Source: Moniliella sp. 'wahieum' (taxonomy: Eukaryota). Taken from it: DNA of 64,000 bases. Positions 11,342-24,981 of the stretch are shown here, piece by piece. The notes under the pieces are model-generated. The model was not told the origin of the DNA and searched no databases. It saw only the letters and a list, made by a program, of their open reading frames with translations. The translations under genes and the position numbers were made by a program. The stretch spans positions 1 to 64,000 of the forward strand of contig RSEE01000071.1 of NCBI GenBank assembly GCA_003971905.1. The letters run 5' to 3'. Every line of letters starts with the position of its first letter. Position 1 is the first letter of the stretch.

Positions 11342-11980
11342 CAGATCGCAGAGGCTTTTCCGAGCGTCCAAGCGTCAACGGTGCCAGGGATCTGTCAGCA
11401 TATATCGTCGCTCGTCGCGCGTGTAACATGTGAACCTCTGGCACTGCGTGTTAGGTTCGGATGAGATATGAGATGCCTACATAATATGGATCTGCCCCCT
11501 CCAGAAGCTTGCCGTGCACATCATGGAGAGGCCGCGTGGCATGTGAATGTGTTATGCGAGACGGAACGTTGTCACAAGGTGTCACAAGCCTTGTTAGGGG
11601 CCCTCCTTTTGTTCTGACCTCTTCTGGTAGGGATATGGGTTTACCTGTCAAAGAAATTGCTATACTTTCTGGGGCGTCTGTGAGATAGGCGATAGGACCT
11701 AGTAGGGTAGCCACAGCGCACCCGGCAGAGATAAGAATGCCTCTGTCGGTAGGCACTCACTATATAGCCTCACTGCTCAGCTGAGCTGATGAGCTGAGCT
11801 GAGGCCGACGGACTGAATATTGAATGCTGTGAGTTACTGTGATCCTCCCCAAACTGTGCGGGAAAGAGGCTGAACGTTCTGGAGTATCCGTCGGAGGGCC
11901 TGTTTGTGCTGGTTCCCTGGGGTTTGACTGGTGGTGGTGTGTCCTTTGTGTCGGGGATGAGGAGAGGGCCTGGAATCAAC
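11342..11980 (-). CDS. Hypothetical intron-containing protein
   Basis: ORF pieces 11770-11979 and 11451-11756; minus-strand intron GTAGGC..CTAAC..CAG (~11445-11490) and acceptor GCTGACAG before a last exon IPGTVDAWTLGKASAI*. Confidence 0.3.
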
Positions 11981-12757
11981 GTTAGACGGTAGACGTTGTT
12001 TGGGAAGTACCTACGGAAGGATCAGTGATCGATGACACGTTGCCCCAACCCTCGAGCTAATAAGCTGGACTGCGCAAGGCTGCGTCTCAGACGCAGGCAG
12101 CGCCAGAGAGATTAGGCTGCAGCAGCAAGGCAAGATATCTCGAGATATCGACTAAGCCCGTGGCTGCCGCCCGGGGCTGCCGTTGACGGACAGGCGGCCG
12201 GTGCATGGGGTCTGCCGGCGGAAGCAGAAGAGGGGGTCGAAAAGGGGGCGCGTTGGAAGCGCTTGTTGCAACGTTGGGGGTGTTTGGACGTTGGATCGCC
12301 GCCCCAACAGGGACCAAGTTGGGATGGATACAGCGGGGGGGAGCGCATGGCGAAGGCGCAGCTGGACACTGTCCCTGTGCCGAGAAGGCTATCGCGTGAC
12401 GGCGATAAATGCGGCTGGCCCGGTGCCAGCCGCCTGCTGGGCGTGATTCAGGCACCCGGGGGAGACACATGGAGCCGGACACTGGCCCTGTGCGCCAGGG
12501 GCGTAATCTAGGACCAGTGTCGGCCGGTGTGCTATGTATCGCCCACCTGGCCGTCTGGGCGAGGCATGATGCCTGAGGCAGCGATCTGAGAATAGCAGCG
12601 CTGCCCAGAGCACCCAGCTGGCGGCCCAGTCTCCACCGACTGGCGACTAGTTGCTAGCTGCTACGTCCCGCCGCCTGCATTGCGCTGCCGTTGGATCGCC
12701 TCGCCGCCCCCTGCGTGCTCGTCCACCACCACCCCACCCCCCCCCCCAGCCGCCTCC

Positions 12758-15700
12758 ATGGCTGTCGGCGTCGAGCACCACGCCATGTCGCCGTGACGCC
12801 CATCCCCATGCCCATGCGCGGCAAGACCAAGAGCATGTCCATCCCCCACCCGTCCAGCTCGCCGCCTCAGCGCGCCGTCGCCTCTTCGCCCCCACTCGTC
12901 GCCGTCTTCCGCCCGCGCGACCCCGCCACCGCCCTGCCCCCCGCCCCACGCCGCCGCTCGGCCGCCTCCCCGCCCTGCCCCCGGCCCTCCCCTCAGCCCT
13001 CCCCTCCATCCCGCAGCCCGCTCCGACCCACCCACCCGCGCCCCACCCCAAGCGACCGCACCTTTGCCCGTCCGCCCCGCCCGCAGGCGGCCAGCCACAG
13101 TGCGTTCCCCCCTCCCCTGCCACGTGCTGTGGACGCGAGTGTTGCTGACCTGCGCAAAAGGCCCCCGATCTCCTTCAGATCCAGGTACTGAACTGCCCCT
13201 GTTCGCGTCCCCACACCTTTCGGTTCCCATGTCCCGCCGTGGCTCCTCTCCCCAGGGGCTCGGGCTCCCGCCGCCCATCCGGACGCCTTGGCTGGGAGCG
13301 GCATGTCGCCGCCCAATGGGTGGAGAACGGGGGAGGCCTGTCGCCCGGTTCGGATGGGCTGACCTTGTCCCAATCCCCTTTCACACGGGAGAAGGGCAAG
13401 ATGCCTCTTGAAGGTCCTGCCTCCCTCCCCCCGCCCCCTGCGGCGCCGGCAACCAGCGACAGCTACCCACCGCTTCCCCCCTTTAAACTGGGGTCTACGG
13501 TCCTCGCCCCCAGCAACGAAACGCCGATGCAATTTTTCCTCCGTGCCAAGTCAGCCGCATCCTACGCCAATGTCTTGACAGCATGCGCCTCGTACACCGA
13601 TTCCTTCTACATTGATGTCCTGCGTGCCGGCCTAGAAGAGTTTGATTGCCGAGGGGACCCGCTGGACATGGCCATGCGCCGCTTCTTCCTTCAGGTGCCA
13701 CTTCCTGGCGAAGCACAGCAGATCGACCGCATGATCGAGAACTTTGCCCGGCGGTACCAGGTGTGCAATCCAGACATATTTGACAATCCTGGTGCGTCCC
13801 ATTCATCCCTGTGGGGTGAAGAAAAAACTGACCCCCCTCTCGTGCACGCCTACAGATCCACCGTATATTCTGGCCATGTCAATCATGATCCTCAACACTG
13901 ACCACTTCAACAAAAACCTCAAAGTGCATATGACGAAGCCAGCCTATGTCAAAAATACGGCTGGCACGCGTGCAACGATTCAGACGACCGAGATGTTGGA
14001 ATACTTTTACGACAATGTGACCTGCTTCCCCTTTGTGTATGGTGACATGCAGGTCAAGAAGGGTAAGGTGGATCCCTACGCCCTTCTGCCGGGGGGGAAG
14101 TACAAGCGACTCGCGCAAGATACTGCGCGCCTCTTCACCCTTCACTCTTCGCTCCACATGGGGTTGGACTACAGCCAGGTTGATGCTACTCGTATCCTAC
14201 GCTACTTTCACGACGCGCCAACGGTGCGCACCATGACCCACATGCCTTTTGCTCTGCGGGAGGAGGCGCGCGCCCGGGGCTGGACATTTCGGTACCAGTG
14301 GCACCGGTTGTCCAGGTCTGCGGGTTACAAAGCTGGATGTGGTGCATGGGAGAGAGGAGGTACGGGACAAGCGCTACTGGTCTACTCAGGGCAAGGCGCG
14401 TCGCTGGGGGCTGCTGCTCACGAGCGCGCAGCTACTGGTGTTTAAAGATCCGACCTATGCCGACGTGCTCCTCCAGCATCTCGTAAGATGAAAGAAAATC
14501 CTGCAGTGGGAGAGGAAACGGTCGGTGGATTTGCCCCCGACTTACACCTATCTCTGTCGGATGCAATGGCGTACTGCGACGAAGAGACGGACAAGGTCCT
14601 TTTGCCTTAAAGTGCGGTACGAATCATATCGGGGGTGGGCGGACCTTTGTGATACAAACCTCTTCGGACGCGGACCGGGCAGACTGGATCGCCAAGATCA
14701 ACTTTTGTGCCACGCTGCGTTGGGCCGGAATGGGGCGGGTGGACTCCCTAACGCCAGCAGAAGTGTACGCGCTCAGCCATCTCCATGGGAAATCGACGAA
14801 GCAGCAGCCTGGCCAGCTCGGGAAGCCGCACAGCCGGGCAAGCTGGGGCCCGCGCCCATCCACTGCGAGGGGGCAAGCGAGCGGGATGCCGAGGTGGAGT
14901 TGCGGTTGGAGAGCAAGCTAGAAGCAACGGGCAAAGACATTGAAGCGGCCAATGCTGCGCTGGCCTCCTACCGCCGCGCCGCACGGCACTACAGCGTGTT
15001 TACACCGTTGCAGAAGACACCAAGGAACGGTTGCTGAGTTCGGCGGGCCAGCTCGCATCCCAGCTCAACCAGCTGCACCTCGACACGCTCAAGGCTCAGA
15101 TCCGCCGCGCGGTACTGCTGTTGCCGATTGACGTGTCGCCTCGTGCCTCTCGCTCCTCCGACCTGGCCAGCTGCAGGCCTTTTCTTTTCCCCCCGCGTGT
15201 CGGGTGAAAGGATGAAGCGCGGCGAACGCGCGCCTCCACCACCTCCGCTGCTTCCAGCTTGATGCCGCACGATTCCTGGGGCCACCCTCGCCGGGAACAG
15301 CTCGGCAGCCTCTCCTCCTCCGTCACGGCCTCCACCAGCCAAACGGGCACGACAAGCCTATCAGGCCTGCTGGGTAAGGCCATGGCAGCACATGGGGATC
15401 TTCGCCTTCTTTTTCCTCAGAAGGTGATCAAGAGCATATTAGGTCCGCACCGCGGGAGCGCGACCGTTCCCTGTCCCAGCAGCTGATGCAAGTTCATTTT
15501 TCTTCGTCCGTCTCGTTGGCCCCTTCGACTTCCCTGCCCCCTGTTCCCTCAGCTCCGTCATCGCAGCCACGTTATCCCTTTCCCCGCCGTCGCCCCTCGC
15601 TCCGCTCCGTCGTGCTTCAGCGCTCGGGGGGACCAAGGAGTTTGCGCATCATCTCAGGATCCAAGCCTAGCGTCGCCTCCCCACCCAGCTCGGTCGAACG

Positions 15701-15808
15701 CCGCCCTTCAACTCATCCTCTGGATCTGGCTCGGGCTCCGCCGAGGTGCATGATGTGTATCGGCAAATCATGTCTTCTCGCTCGGGCCGGAGGCGGGGCC
15801 GCAAGTAG
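12758..15808 (+). CDS. Sec7 + PH domain ARF guanine nucleotide exchange factor (SYT1-like)
   Basis: Sec7 motifs LDMAMRRFFLQVPLPGEAQQIDRMIENFARRY and YILAMSIMILNTDHFN..MTK..YVKNT; PH-like WGLLLTSAQLLVFKD..DRADWIAKINF; intron ~13793-13855; several frameshifts; start approximate. Confidence 0.85.
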
Positions 15809-15949
15809 CCACTGCCCCGTTCTTCCCTCTGCGCGCCTCAGCAAAGTGTTTTGTTTTTTTTTTGCCCCACACTCCAGTCGGTGCCTGGACTATCCTTGTC
15901 ATTCCTTCATTCCTTATCCACTCCCCAATCCATTCACACACTCTCGCTT

Positions 15950-16700
15950 CTCGTTGCGCTGAACTGCTGTAGATAAGATGAGTTTGACGATGTGGTAGGT
16001 AGAGGTCAGCATGTGGCTCCTGGGGTGTTACTATGGCCGCACCAAATGGAACACATCGAACCAATGGCCATGTGGATGGGGTCAATGGAGCCGGTGCTCT
16101 GTGTCCCCAGTCGACCGACTCACCACTACACCAGTGGATGGGACGGAAGAAGGGACGGTATGCAAAAGAAAACACCCGTAACCAACAAACGCGCCCGGAC
16201 CTCTGAAATAGCCAAGTCGGCTCCTGTCCCGAGTACGTTCACGTCTGTTGGCACTGCGGCTGCAGAAGTGTAAAGCTGTAGGCGAGGAAGGTGGTTAGCA
16301 AGGTTCTTCATCCTGTCCAGACAAACGCTAGTACATGATCAACGGAACCCCAGGCTGGGGCCGCATGGCCATAGGTCATCAAGGCTGTCGCCTAGCCCAG
16401 GCGCGCTACTGCTCCGTTTCCTGCTGGGCGTTCGCGAGTGCATGTGCGCGGTGCACGCAGTCCAACAACAGTGCACTCCCCACCGAGGGTGGAACAGACG
16501 GCAGGCTGTTTGGGGAAGGGCGCCGATACAGGGACCTAGGCAGGACATTGTTAGGATCTGGCCGTTGTTGTCCGATGTCGCGGTGTTGTCATGGTGGCCG
16601 CGGCTGCGGTCAAGAAAGAGGCTGCGCTTGGTACAAAGCGGAACATCGGGACAAGGGCGGCTAGCGGGGAGGTCGGCGAGGTGGGGCAGGCCATGTCGCG
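15950..16700 (-). CDS. Possible hypothetical protein
   Basis: Protein-like segments across frames (MKNLANHLPRLQLYTSAAAVPTDVNVLG.., FSFAYRPFFRPIHW); no family recognised. Confidence 0.2.
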
Positions 16701-16940
16701 GGGGGAGGTGGGGGTGGTGGTGGTGGTGGTGGTGGTGGTGGTGGTGGACGACGCGGCGTTCCAGCGGCCACTGGCGTATTGGAGTGAGAGCGCGGCGGCA
16801 GGCGACAGGCACGTTCTATACTGAGGCAGATCAATCGATCATCCATCATCCATCATTACGAAACCAGCTGCAGACAGCCAGGCCAACTGGCCAGCCCCAT
16901 CGTCTCCGCCATCGCCTCCGCCATCGTCCCATCGCCGTCC

Positions 16941-17057
16941 GTCCCACCAGCGTCCCCACCATGCGCTCCCCACCGCCCCCCACGCGTCCCCACCAGCGTC
17001 CCCACAGCGTCCCACAGCGTCCCCACCAGCGTCCCCACCAGCGTCCCCACCAGCGCC
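16941..17057 (+). repeat. Imperfect 12-bp tandem repeat (CCCCACCAGCGT)n
   Basis: About 7-8 variable copies read directly. Confidence 0.8.
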
Positions 17058-18300
17058 TGTCCTCCACCCGCAATGCTGCCGCCGGTTCTGCTCAGCTACG
17101 CGCGCGCCCTCGCCCCGCTCCCCCGCCCGCGCTGCCCCAGGGCGGCCGCAAAGCCAAGCGCACCACCGCCCCCACCACTGCCGCCGCGCCCACCACGCGC
17201 ACCCACCCCGCCCTACTGCCCCACCCGCACACCGCCTTCGCTCTCCTCCCCGCCAGCTGGGCCCCCACCGGCTTCCCGCCCCACCCCCACCCTCACATTC
17301 CCCGGAGGCAGCACCAGCTCCCCACTGGAGAATCTGCCCGCCCCCGCTCCTGCCGCTCCCGCCCCCACCAGCTACGGCCACGGGCGTTGACCAGATCCGT
17401 CATCCTCCCACCGACCTGCCCCCGTCTGGATTGTCGCCCTGCCCACGCGTAAGCGCAAAGCTCAGGCGTCCCCCGATTCTCCGCCGCCGCCTCGTCGCCG
17501 CCGCAAGCCCCTTGCCCGTCGCGCAGGGACCGCCTCTGGCACCGCCCCGCTCAAGCAGATCCGCGTCAGCTCCACCTCGGCCGAGGGTGCCATGCTCCCC
17601 CCCGCCGGCGCTCACAAGGGTCCCGCCCATCCGGCCAGCGGCAGTGGCTGGGTCCACCCGCTCAACCAAACCGGCTGGGTCTACGACCAGAACGGCACCC
17701 GGAGCGAAGTGTATGCTGTCAAGAACACACGCTTCCCCACCGCGCCCCGCACCGCCCTGGCCAAGCCGCACGAGCAGGCCCTCAAGATAGTCGGCCAGGC
17801 GCACAAGGTCCTGGACAAGCTCAATGCTGCCCTGGGCGGCCGTAACTCCACATCCTCCGACGAGGCTGGCGGAGCGGCCGGGCGACGATCACGTGCGCGC
17901 GGGTGCACGAAGCGTGTCGCTGTCAGCTGGGCGTAGCGCATCTCCTGCAATGCTGGATGAGAGCGAGGTGGAGCGGCGTCCACCCAGCGCACTGAGCAAA
18001 GAGCTCAAGCCCACCGCCTCCCCGGCCTCCCCCGCCACCGAAGAGGAAGAGGAAGCAGGACGAATGCCTCGGCGCAAAGCGGCGCTGATGGCCGGGACCA
18101 AAACCAAAACTCAGTTCCTCGAAGAGGCGATGGTCAAGGACCGTTCCCCACTCCGCCGCGGGCGCAGCCAAACTGGCACGCCAACCTCTCCCACGCCGTC
18201 GCCCAAGCCCGCCAAGGCGGCCGCCGTCGCTGTGGGCACCCATCCCTTGCGGTCGGCCGTGGGTACTGCGGCAGGAGCGGAGGGGGAGGAGGACGCGTAG
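16961..18300 (+). CDS. Pro/Ser-rich hypothetical protein
   Basis: Frameshifted ORF chain with globular-looking core GWVHPLNQTGWVYDQNGTRSEVYAVKNTRFP..; ends EGEEDA* at 18300. Confidence 0.45.
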
Positions 18301-19025
18301 CCTACTGTACTGCCCAGGCCATGAGAAGTGATCCTGGCATTGATGGACAGCAGACGGAATAATGCATTGAGCGTCGTTGGTCCATGGTTCATGTGGCAGT
18401 GAGTTGAGTCCGTGTGTGCAGTAGAAGGGACCCCAACGATGGCGCTGTGCCGTGCGTGTTCAGCGCAAGCGTCACCACCAACACAACCTCCATCGCTCAT
18501 CTTTCCCCTTCCTCCCCTCCCCAGCATCAGTGGCCCAGCCCCAGGCCGGACTCTCAGCTCAAGGGAGAGAAAGAAGCGCCCACTTTCGGTTCTAAAAGGC
18601 TCGCGAATTGTTCCAGCAGCGTCTTGACAAGTGACAGTCACCAAGTAGCCATGGGATGTGTTGCCTATTAATGGTGCCCCATCCAATCCATGCCTGTTAA
18701 TATACTCGGAACAGATCCACAGTGCAAGAGAACAGACGAGCAGCAAAAGGTCGAGCAACAAGTCGTCACACAAGCATGCATCGACCATAGCATGGGGGTG
18801 TACCCGCTGTTGGACCGGCGGCGACATGATGCATGATGTTTATGCCCCTTGTGCCCTTGCACAAAACACTTCCTGAAAAAGCCTGATACCTCCACTTACA
18901 GTCTACTCTGTATCGCATATGCAAGTTCTATTTCAGACACAAGGGTTGTTTTTACCCCACCAAGTGGACAGCACCGGGTGCTCTGAAGAACGGATCGCGA
19001 GGTATGGGGGAGGGACCAGCGTTTT

Positions 19026-19997
19026 TCACCGCCCCATCCATCCTCCATCCACCACCAACGTTTCTCCCGACACATACGCGCTCGCCTGGCTTGCAAGGAA
19101 CACGACGGGTCCCGCAAAGTCTTCGGGTGTCCCCACCGGTTGGCTGGGATACGCTCACTGATCTGCCGCAGCCGCTGGGGTTGGAGAGCAGACCTTCATT
19201 CTGTGCAGGGTGCATCCGTCAGTCGTTTTTCCCTTTACGCGCAGTATAAGCATCGCAACAGGAGCCAAGAGACATACCATATCCGTAGCAATGTACCCAG
19301 GGCTGTTCCACACAACGCACAAATTTGTTAGCCTCCACAGCCACACACAAATAACAGAAGGAGAATGGTACGTACGCAACTGCGTTGACCTGCACCCCGT
19401 TCTTGGACCACTCGTTGCTCAGTGCCTTGACCAGTTGCCCAATGGCGCCCTTGGACGCCGCATACGCCGGGACGGTCAAGCCGCCCTGGAAAGTAAGGAG
19501 CGATGCGAAGTGAATGATCTTTCCGCGCCCGCGTTCGACAAAATGGCGGCCAGCCTGCTGCGAAAGCAGCCAGGCAGCCTTGAGGTTGACCGTCAAGACA
19601 TCGTCCCAGTCCTGTTCTGTAAACTCAGTCGCAGGATTGCGCCGCTGGATGCCAGCCGCGTTGAGGAAGATTTCCAGTCCACCCAGCTTCTCCAGCGCCG
19701 GGGTACCACGTCCCGCACCGTCGATAGGTCTGCCAAGTCGCCCACCACACTCGTGTGTCCGCCCTCAACTGGTGGGAGAGCAGCAAGAGCCTTCGTGGCA
19801 TCCGTGCCAGGGCGTACGACCAGACACACTCGCGCCCCGGCCTGCGCGAGTGCCACCGCACACGCTTGGCCGATTCCACGTGTGCCACCCGTCACCAGTG
19901 CCCGCTGTCCGTCCAGACGGAAAGAGGGAGAGGACGGGGGCTGACGCGTGAGGGGGCAGTGGGGCTGGGAAGGATCGCCAACAACGAGGTTGCTCAT
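19026..19997 (-). CDS. Short-chain dehydrogenase/reductase, 2-deoxy-D-gluconate 3-dehydrogenase (KduD-like)
   Basis: [54 protein letters not shown]-terminus [19 protein letters not shown]; introns present. Confidence 0.88.
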
Positions 19998-22103
19998 TGT
20001 GGACACGCAGGTAGAGACAGGCTGGGTGCGCTGACGATCCAGGAGCTGCGCAGGCGAGAGAAGGCCTTAAGTAGACGAGTGGGGCGCCGGAAGGCGGCAC
20101 GCACGGGCCACCCCTTTGCAGCGTCCATGCAGAGCAAATCACCATCACATCGGCCGCGCATTCACATTTCAGGAGTTTACCAGAGTTTACCCCGGCTTGG
20201 GCGCGCGATGGGCGAGGATACGGATCCGGCCACACTCGATGCATGACAAGACAGAGCAAGCGCCCAACCTCTAACCCGCCACCCATATGCCGCAAGGGAG
20301 AGTGTTCCCATCAAAGACACGATCCCAGGCCCGGCACCAATGCAGCCGATATAGATCCTCGATGGATCATGTGCACACGCAGTGGATTTCAATTGGCTCT
20401 CACGAGCAGGCGCCGCCAAGAGGCTCGCCGCCCCCGGGGGGAGGGCGGAGGGGTACTATCGCTTAGAGATTCTAAAGTCGACTCGAATATTCACTTGCTT
20501 GCCCTGGTTGGTGGATCCGATGCGGGACTAGAGACAAGGAACGACCTTTCGCCGTATATAGCAGAGGCGGCTGCATCACAGATATGTGATGGCATGGCTT
20601 CGTATGCACTGCCTTGGGCAGTATTAGTACTACAGTAACGACGTATGTCTGACGGAAGCCTTCAGGGACCAGGGACGGGAAAAGTGTGGCAGCGGAGGAT
20701 AAGCACTGCCAGAACTGGGACTGGAGACTGATACTTGGGGCGGCATGGCTGGAAGAGGGCCCACGCGGCGACTGTGGCGTTGTGGTTTCGTCGTGGCTCT
20801 CGAGGAGGGATATCCATTTCACGATAAACTTAAGCAATCGAGAGGGGCAAGGCCTTTTCACATTCGGTCTTTGGGCATACTATCGGCTTACGGCCCCTGC
20901 CTGTTCCGATATCAGACTTGGATCGGGGACTGGATACTTGACACGCCCCCGCCTTCCTTCAGTCGTTAGGCATGCCACCCAAAGGGGTTCTTGCCCATGT
21001 ACACGCCCCTCCTTCCTTAGAGCTTCGTGGTTTCGAGTTACGCCGGGTCACACACGCATTCCTATCGGCTGTGCGTATAACTCCCTGTTCTAGAACTTCC
21101 TTGACCCCTTTGTGTTTCTTTCCCTCCTCACGCGTGGTTTATCGCGTGATTGCTTCTCCATTTCCTCCGGTATATAAGGCATCATTCAAAGCAGCCTGAA
21201 TGAATACCATCGGCATCCAAACCAATCCCCTTCCTACAAGGTAAGTATCTTCTCATTCACTATAGCCCCTCTTTCTGCCGTCGTCGGGGGTGCAAACCAA
21301 ACCCTTCTTTGAAGCCTGGAAACGGAACGGGACAGAGGCGATATTGGCCCACCCATCAACAATGCTCGCCTTTTTAGGGACTTGGACTGTGAAGAAAAAG
21401 CAAAGACACCGCTGACCCTCCCGCCAACAACGTTCGTCCGCACTTGTGCCACCGAATGACTAAAAGCTCGCTCCATTGTTCAATTCTGCATCCTGTGTCT
21501 CTCGCTTTCCTTTTTGCTTCTTTTCTGTTTCTGCCCGAAGCCTGCTGTTTCCTCCCACAAACGGTCTTGCCATTCCCCGGTCTCTCTCTGTCAGGACACC
21601 TTGGTCTCCCTCGTTTATTAGCCCCAACGGTTATACTTTTAGTATTAGCCTCAACTGTTATACCCATTGCGGCGGGGCTGCCGGGTCTGGAATTGGATCG
21701 GCGAGCTCCACAGACCTGTCGGCCAGCGTTCGACTCACATCTCGCTCGTGACAGGATTATACAACTATATCATGTTGGCGACAAACAATATAGGTGTGCT
21801 GTGTTTGGTATGCGTGTTTATCTCCTCCCTCTCTGTTATCACAACATCATATAGGTGCCGATCTCTCACCTAGTATATACCGCACGTAGTGTTGTTGCCT
21901 TTGATTCCCCCGGCAGGGCTGTGGTCTGATCCAAAAAAAGAATATCGTGCCTCAGGAATTTTCTATCAAATCCTTTGAGGGGGGGGTGGGGGGCATGTCC
22001 AAGAGCAAGGCAAAAAGGGGGTGAGGTATTCGCAGACGCGCGCCTAGGAGGGTGAATAATTGAAGGTTCGTGCCAAAGCAAAGTCAATTAGTTCGTCCAT
22101 GTG

Positions 22104-22190
22104 GGGTTCGTGGTGTAGTGGTATCATGCCTCTTTAGGGTCTTATTTCGACTCGTAGAGGTGGTCCTCGGTTCGATCCCGGGCGGACCCC
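22104..22190 (+). tRNA. tRNA-Pro(AGG) with 15-nt intron (22140-22154)
   Basis: Acceptor GGGTTCG/CGGACCC, anticodon stem CCTCT/AGAGG, T loop TTCGATC, TTTT terminator follows. Confidence 0.92.
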
Positions 22191-23462
22191 TTTTGGCCCT
22201 TAAGGGTATTTTTGACCCCCCCATCGGAGAGGGAACGATATCTGAGATTGTTCTCAGAAGACAGTGATATGCCCTCCAACGACATCATCGGCCGTGAGCG
22301 CGAGCGAATAGACTTCGCTAGCACTTGGCTGGCCACAAGATTTGCAACGCACTGTCCGCCACGCGGTAGCAAACCAGAATAGCGTGCGCCACTGTAATAT
22401 TTGCCGTGGCAGACCCTGAAAAATTAGCTTAAATTGCCGTTCCTGAAACCCGGCTGGAGGCTGCGCTGGAGGGGATGGCAATTAAATGACGGGGCAGGAC
22501 AAAGAGCATGTGGAGCGCCGCGTGTGGCGTCCAGACCAAACAAGTGTATCTATTTGTGCTGGCGGCGGCGCGCGTTACGCGTTATGTTACGACCAAGACC
22601 TAAGACCTAAACCCTAAACCCCGATCCCTTGGGAAACGGACACGCTTGGAATGGGTGAAATTTTCCGAGTAGGATGGCCGAGGCCTTACTGCACCACTCC
22701 TGTCTCAGATCTCACTCTGCGCGCACTCCGCAAAGACGATACGGAAGATCTTTGCAGTATGTAGGCCGCGGCAGTGCACAAGACTGCAAATTTCACACCG
22801 CATGGGCTGGCAATACAATCCCTACTGCAAATCCAGCCATTCGTAACAGCTGTGGGGACTCAGCAGTGGCCTAAGGCCGACATATCTCTCCAACACGTTT
22901 TTGCGGGGCTACTACCATGCATGAGAGGGTCTCATTGATCCCATCGAGGATGAGCGACGATCGATGAAAAAGGTAGACCAGGGTGGTATGCACCACCGGA
23001 GGTCTGGTCTTAAAGTCGCGGGCCAAGGCGAAAACACACCCCTCCTATCATGGCTGTCTGTGATCCGCAGATTGACGTGGTTGGCTCTCCTCAGTGTGGC
23101 GCTAAGTGTTACATCTGTTAGAATCGAACCCAAAGTTAGTTGAAAGCGGGGAAGAGGTAAGGACTTGGCTTAAACCAGTAACAGATAGTTAAGATCGTGT
23201 CTTGTAGATTAAAAGCGTGCCTGAGACCAGGCATACAACAAAAGCAGTGAGACCTGCATAGAATCGGGCCTCCTAACACGCTCCGTCCCCTCCTTCGTAA
23301 CGCTTAGCTCACACTCTCGCCACCCCATCCAGTCATCTTCTGGTGCATTTGTTGGCCTACTATTCAGCTCCAGCTTTCTCTCAACGCCACCACCTTTGCT
23401 ACCTCTTTTTCCTCGGCACCACCGCCGGCCCCACCCCCTGGGCATTCGTACAGACCTCTGCC

Positions 23463-24981
23463 ATGAGTTTGACCCAGATCATCGCATCCAATCCCACTTG
23501 GCCCGCCATCCCAGGCCAAGGTCCTTGGGCTGGCCTGCCGCCTGAGCTGCAGCCTGTTTTCAAGAAGATGGAGGACGAAATCTTCCTCGGCAGCCTAAGT
23601 TGGTGGATCAACCTGGTAGCGATTGGTGCGATTGGCTTCAATTTTCTATGCTGCTTGCCTTCCGACGTCAGGGTGATCTGGTGGCCCGAGATCCAACGTT
23701 GCATTCTACATTTTACCACTTCCTATCCTTCGACAGGGCAGCAATCCACCGCCCCGTCAGTAAGAAAATGGTTCACCTCCGCCCCTTCTCTACATGGCTC
23801 CTGCCTCGACCGATCATTGTGTGTCATTTTCTGCTTCGTCTCATTGTCCTGCCATACGTGGCGGCCATTGCCAACTACTACCGCCTTCCCGCTTCGTGCA
23901 ACGGTGCGCTGCACGCCTCGTTGTTTGTGCTTGGATTCGCAGCCGTGCTGGGCCAAATGCTTTGACCATTCGGTGTCTGTCGTCCTGCCGTTCCCTTTCG
24001 GGCCATAGGGTTCTCGCCTTGGCGCTATGGGCGACCAACATTTTCCTCCTTGTGCTGTGGACGTTATTGCCTTTCAGACCAACACCAAATCGTACGGCTC
24101 TTTCTCTTTCGTTCGTTGTGTTTTAGTGATCACCTTCTGACCATTCCATTTTTCAGGTATCCCGCCCCTCTGCCGATGGGCTTCCGTTCTGGGTTCAAGT
24201 GTGGTGAGCTGACTGACAGCAAGTGGATGGGGGTCACGGCGTACACGGTTACCTTTGTTCAAGACACTGTCATCTTTGTTGCCAGCATTTTAGCCATCTC
24301 GGAAGCAGGAGGAGTGGCGTACACAACTCCCCGTCCGATGGGGTTGCACCACATTCATATCTTTTTCCAGACACTGTGGATCGGCGTACAAAATGCGGTT
24401 GCTAGCATCTTTGCTACCTCTAGTAGCCCGGATCACAATGAAAGGATGGGCCGATCGGCAGTGTCCAATGCGTTCATTTACGACAGTTTGCGCATCGTGC
24501 TGATTTCCTGGGTTCTTGAGATTACTGGGGCTGGGTTCAACATTGCGTATGTGCTTGTGCCCAAGTCGCCCGATCTGTTGCGCACGTCATGGGTGCTGCC
24601 GCTGCACGCGATTATCAGCATGGTGGTATGTCGGTTCTCAACCGTTCCCGCTCTCTGCACTACGCTGCTACTGGTGTGGGAGGTATGGGCGAATCTGGAT
24701 TTGGCCGTGGCGCAAGCGGCCCAGGGGTATCCAAGCAAAACGATTGCGACCCACAACAGCGCGGTGGGGAGCACGGGTGCGAGGATCCCACGGTGGGGGC
24801 TAACGCTACGGTGCCAGCCGTTGGCCTGGATGCCCAAGAAGCTTTTGCCTCTTACCACATGCCTGTGATAGTGGAGGACATGCACACCTTCCCAACCATC
24901 AGCCTGGCGCCAGCCCTCACGCCTACCAACAACATGGAAAGCACAAAGGAGGAGGATGGATTGTATCTCTCGGTACCGTAG
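23463..24981 (+). CDS. Multi-pass membrane protein (DUF6533-like N-terminus)
   Basis: Several hydrophobic helices; FNFLCCLPSDVRVIWWPE resembles the basidiomycete YD..LT...EV..IW motif; intron before 24158; frameshifts. Confidence 0.55.

Noticed and set aside
16711..16746. Poly-His or poly-Trp tract in the ORF track
   Set aside because: Simple (GGT)n microsatellite, not evidence of a protein
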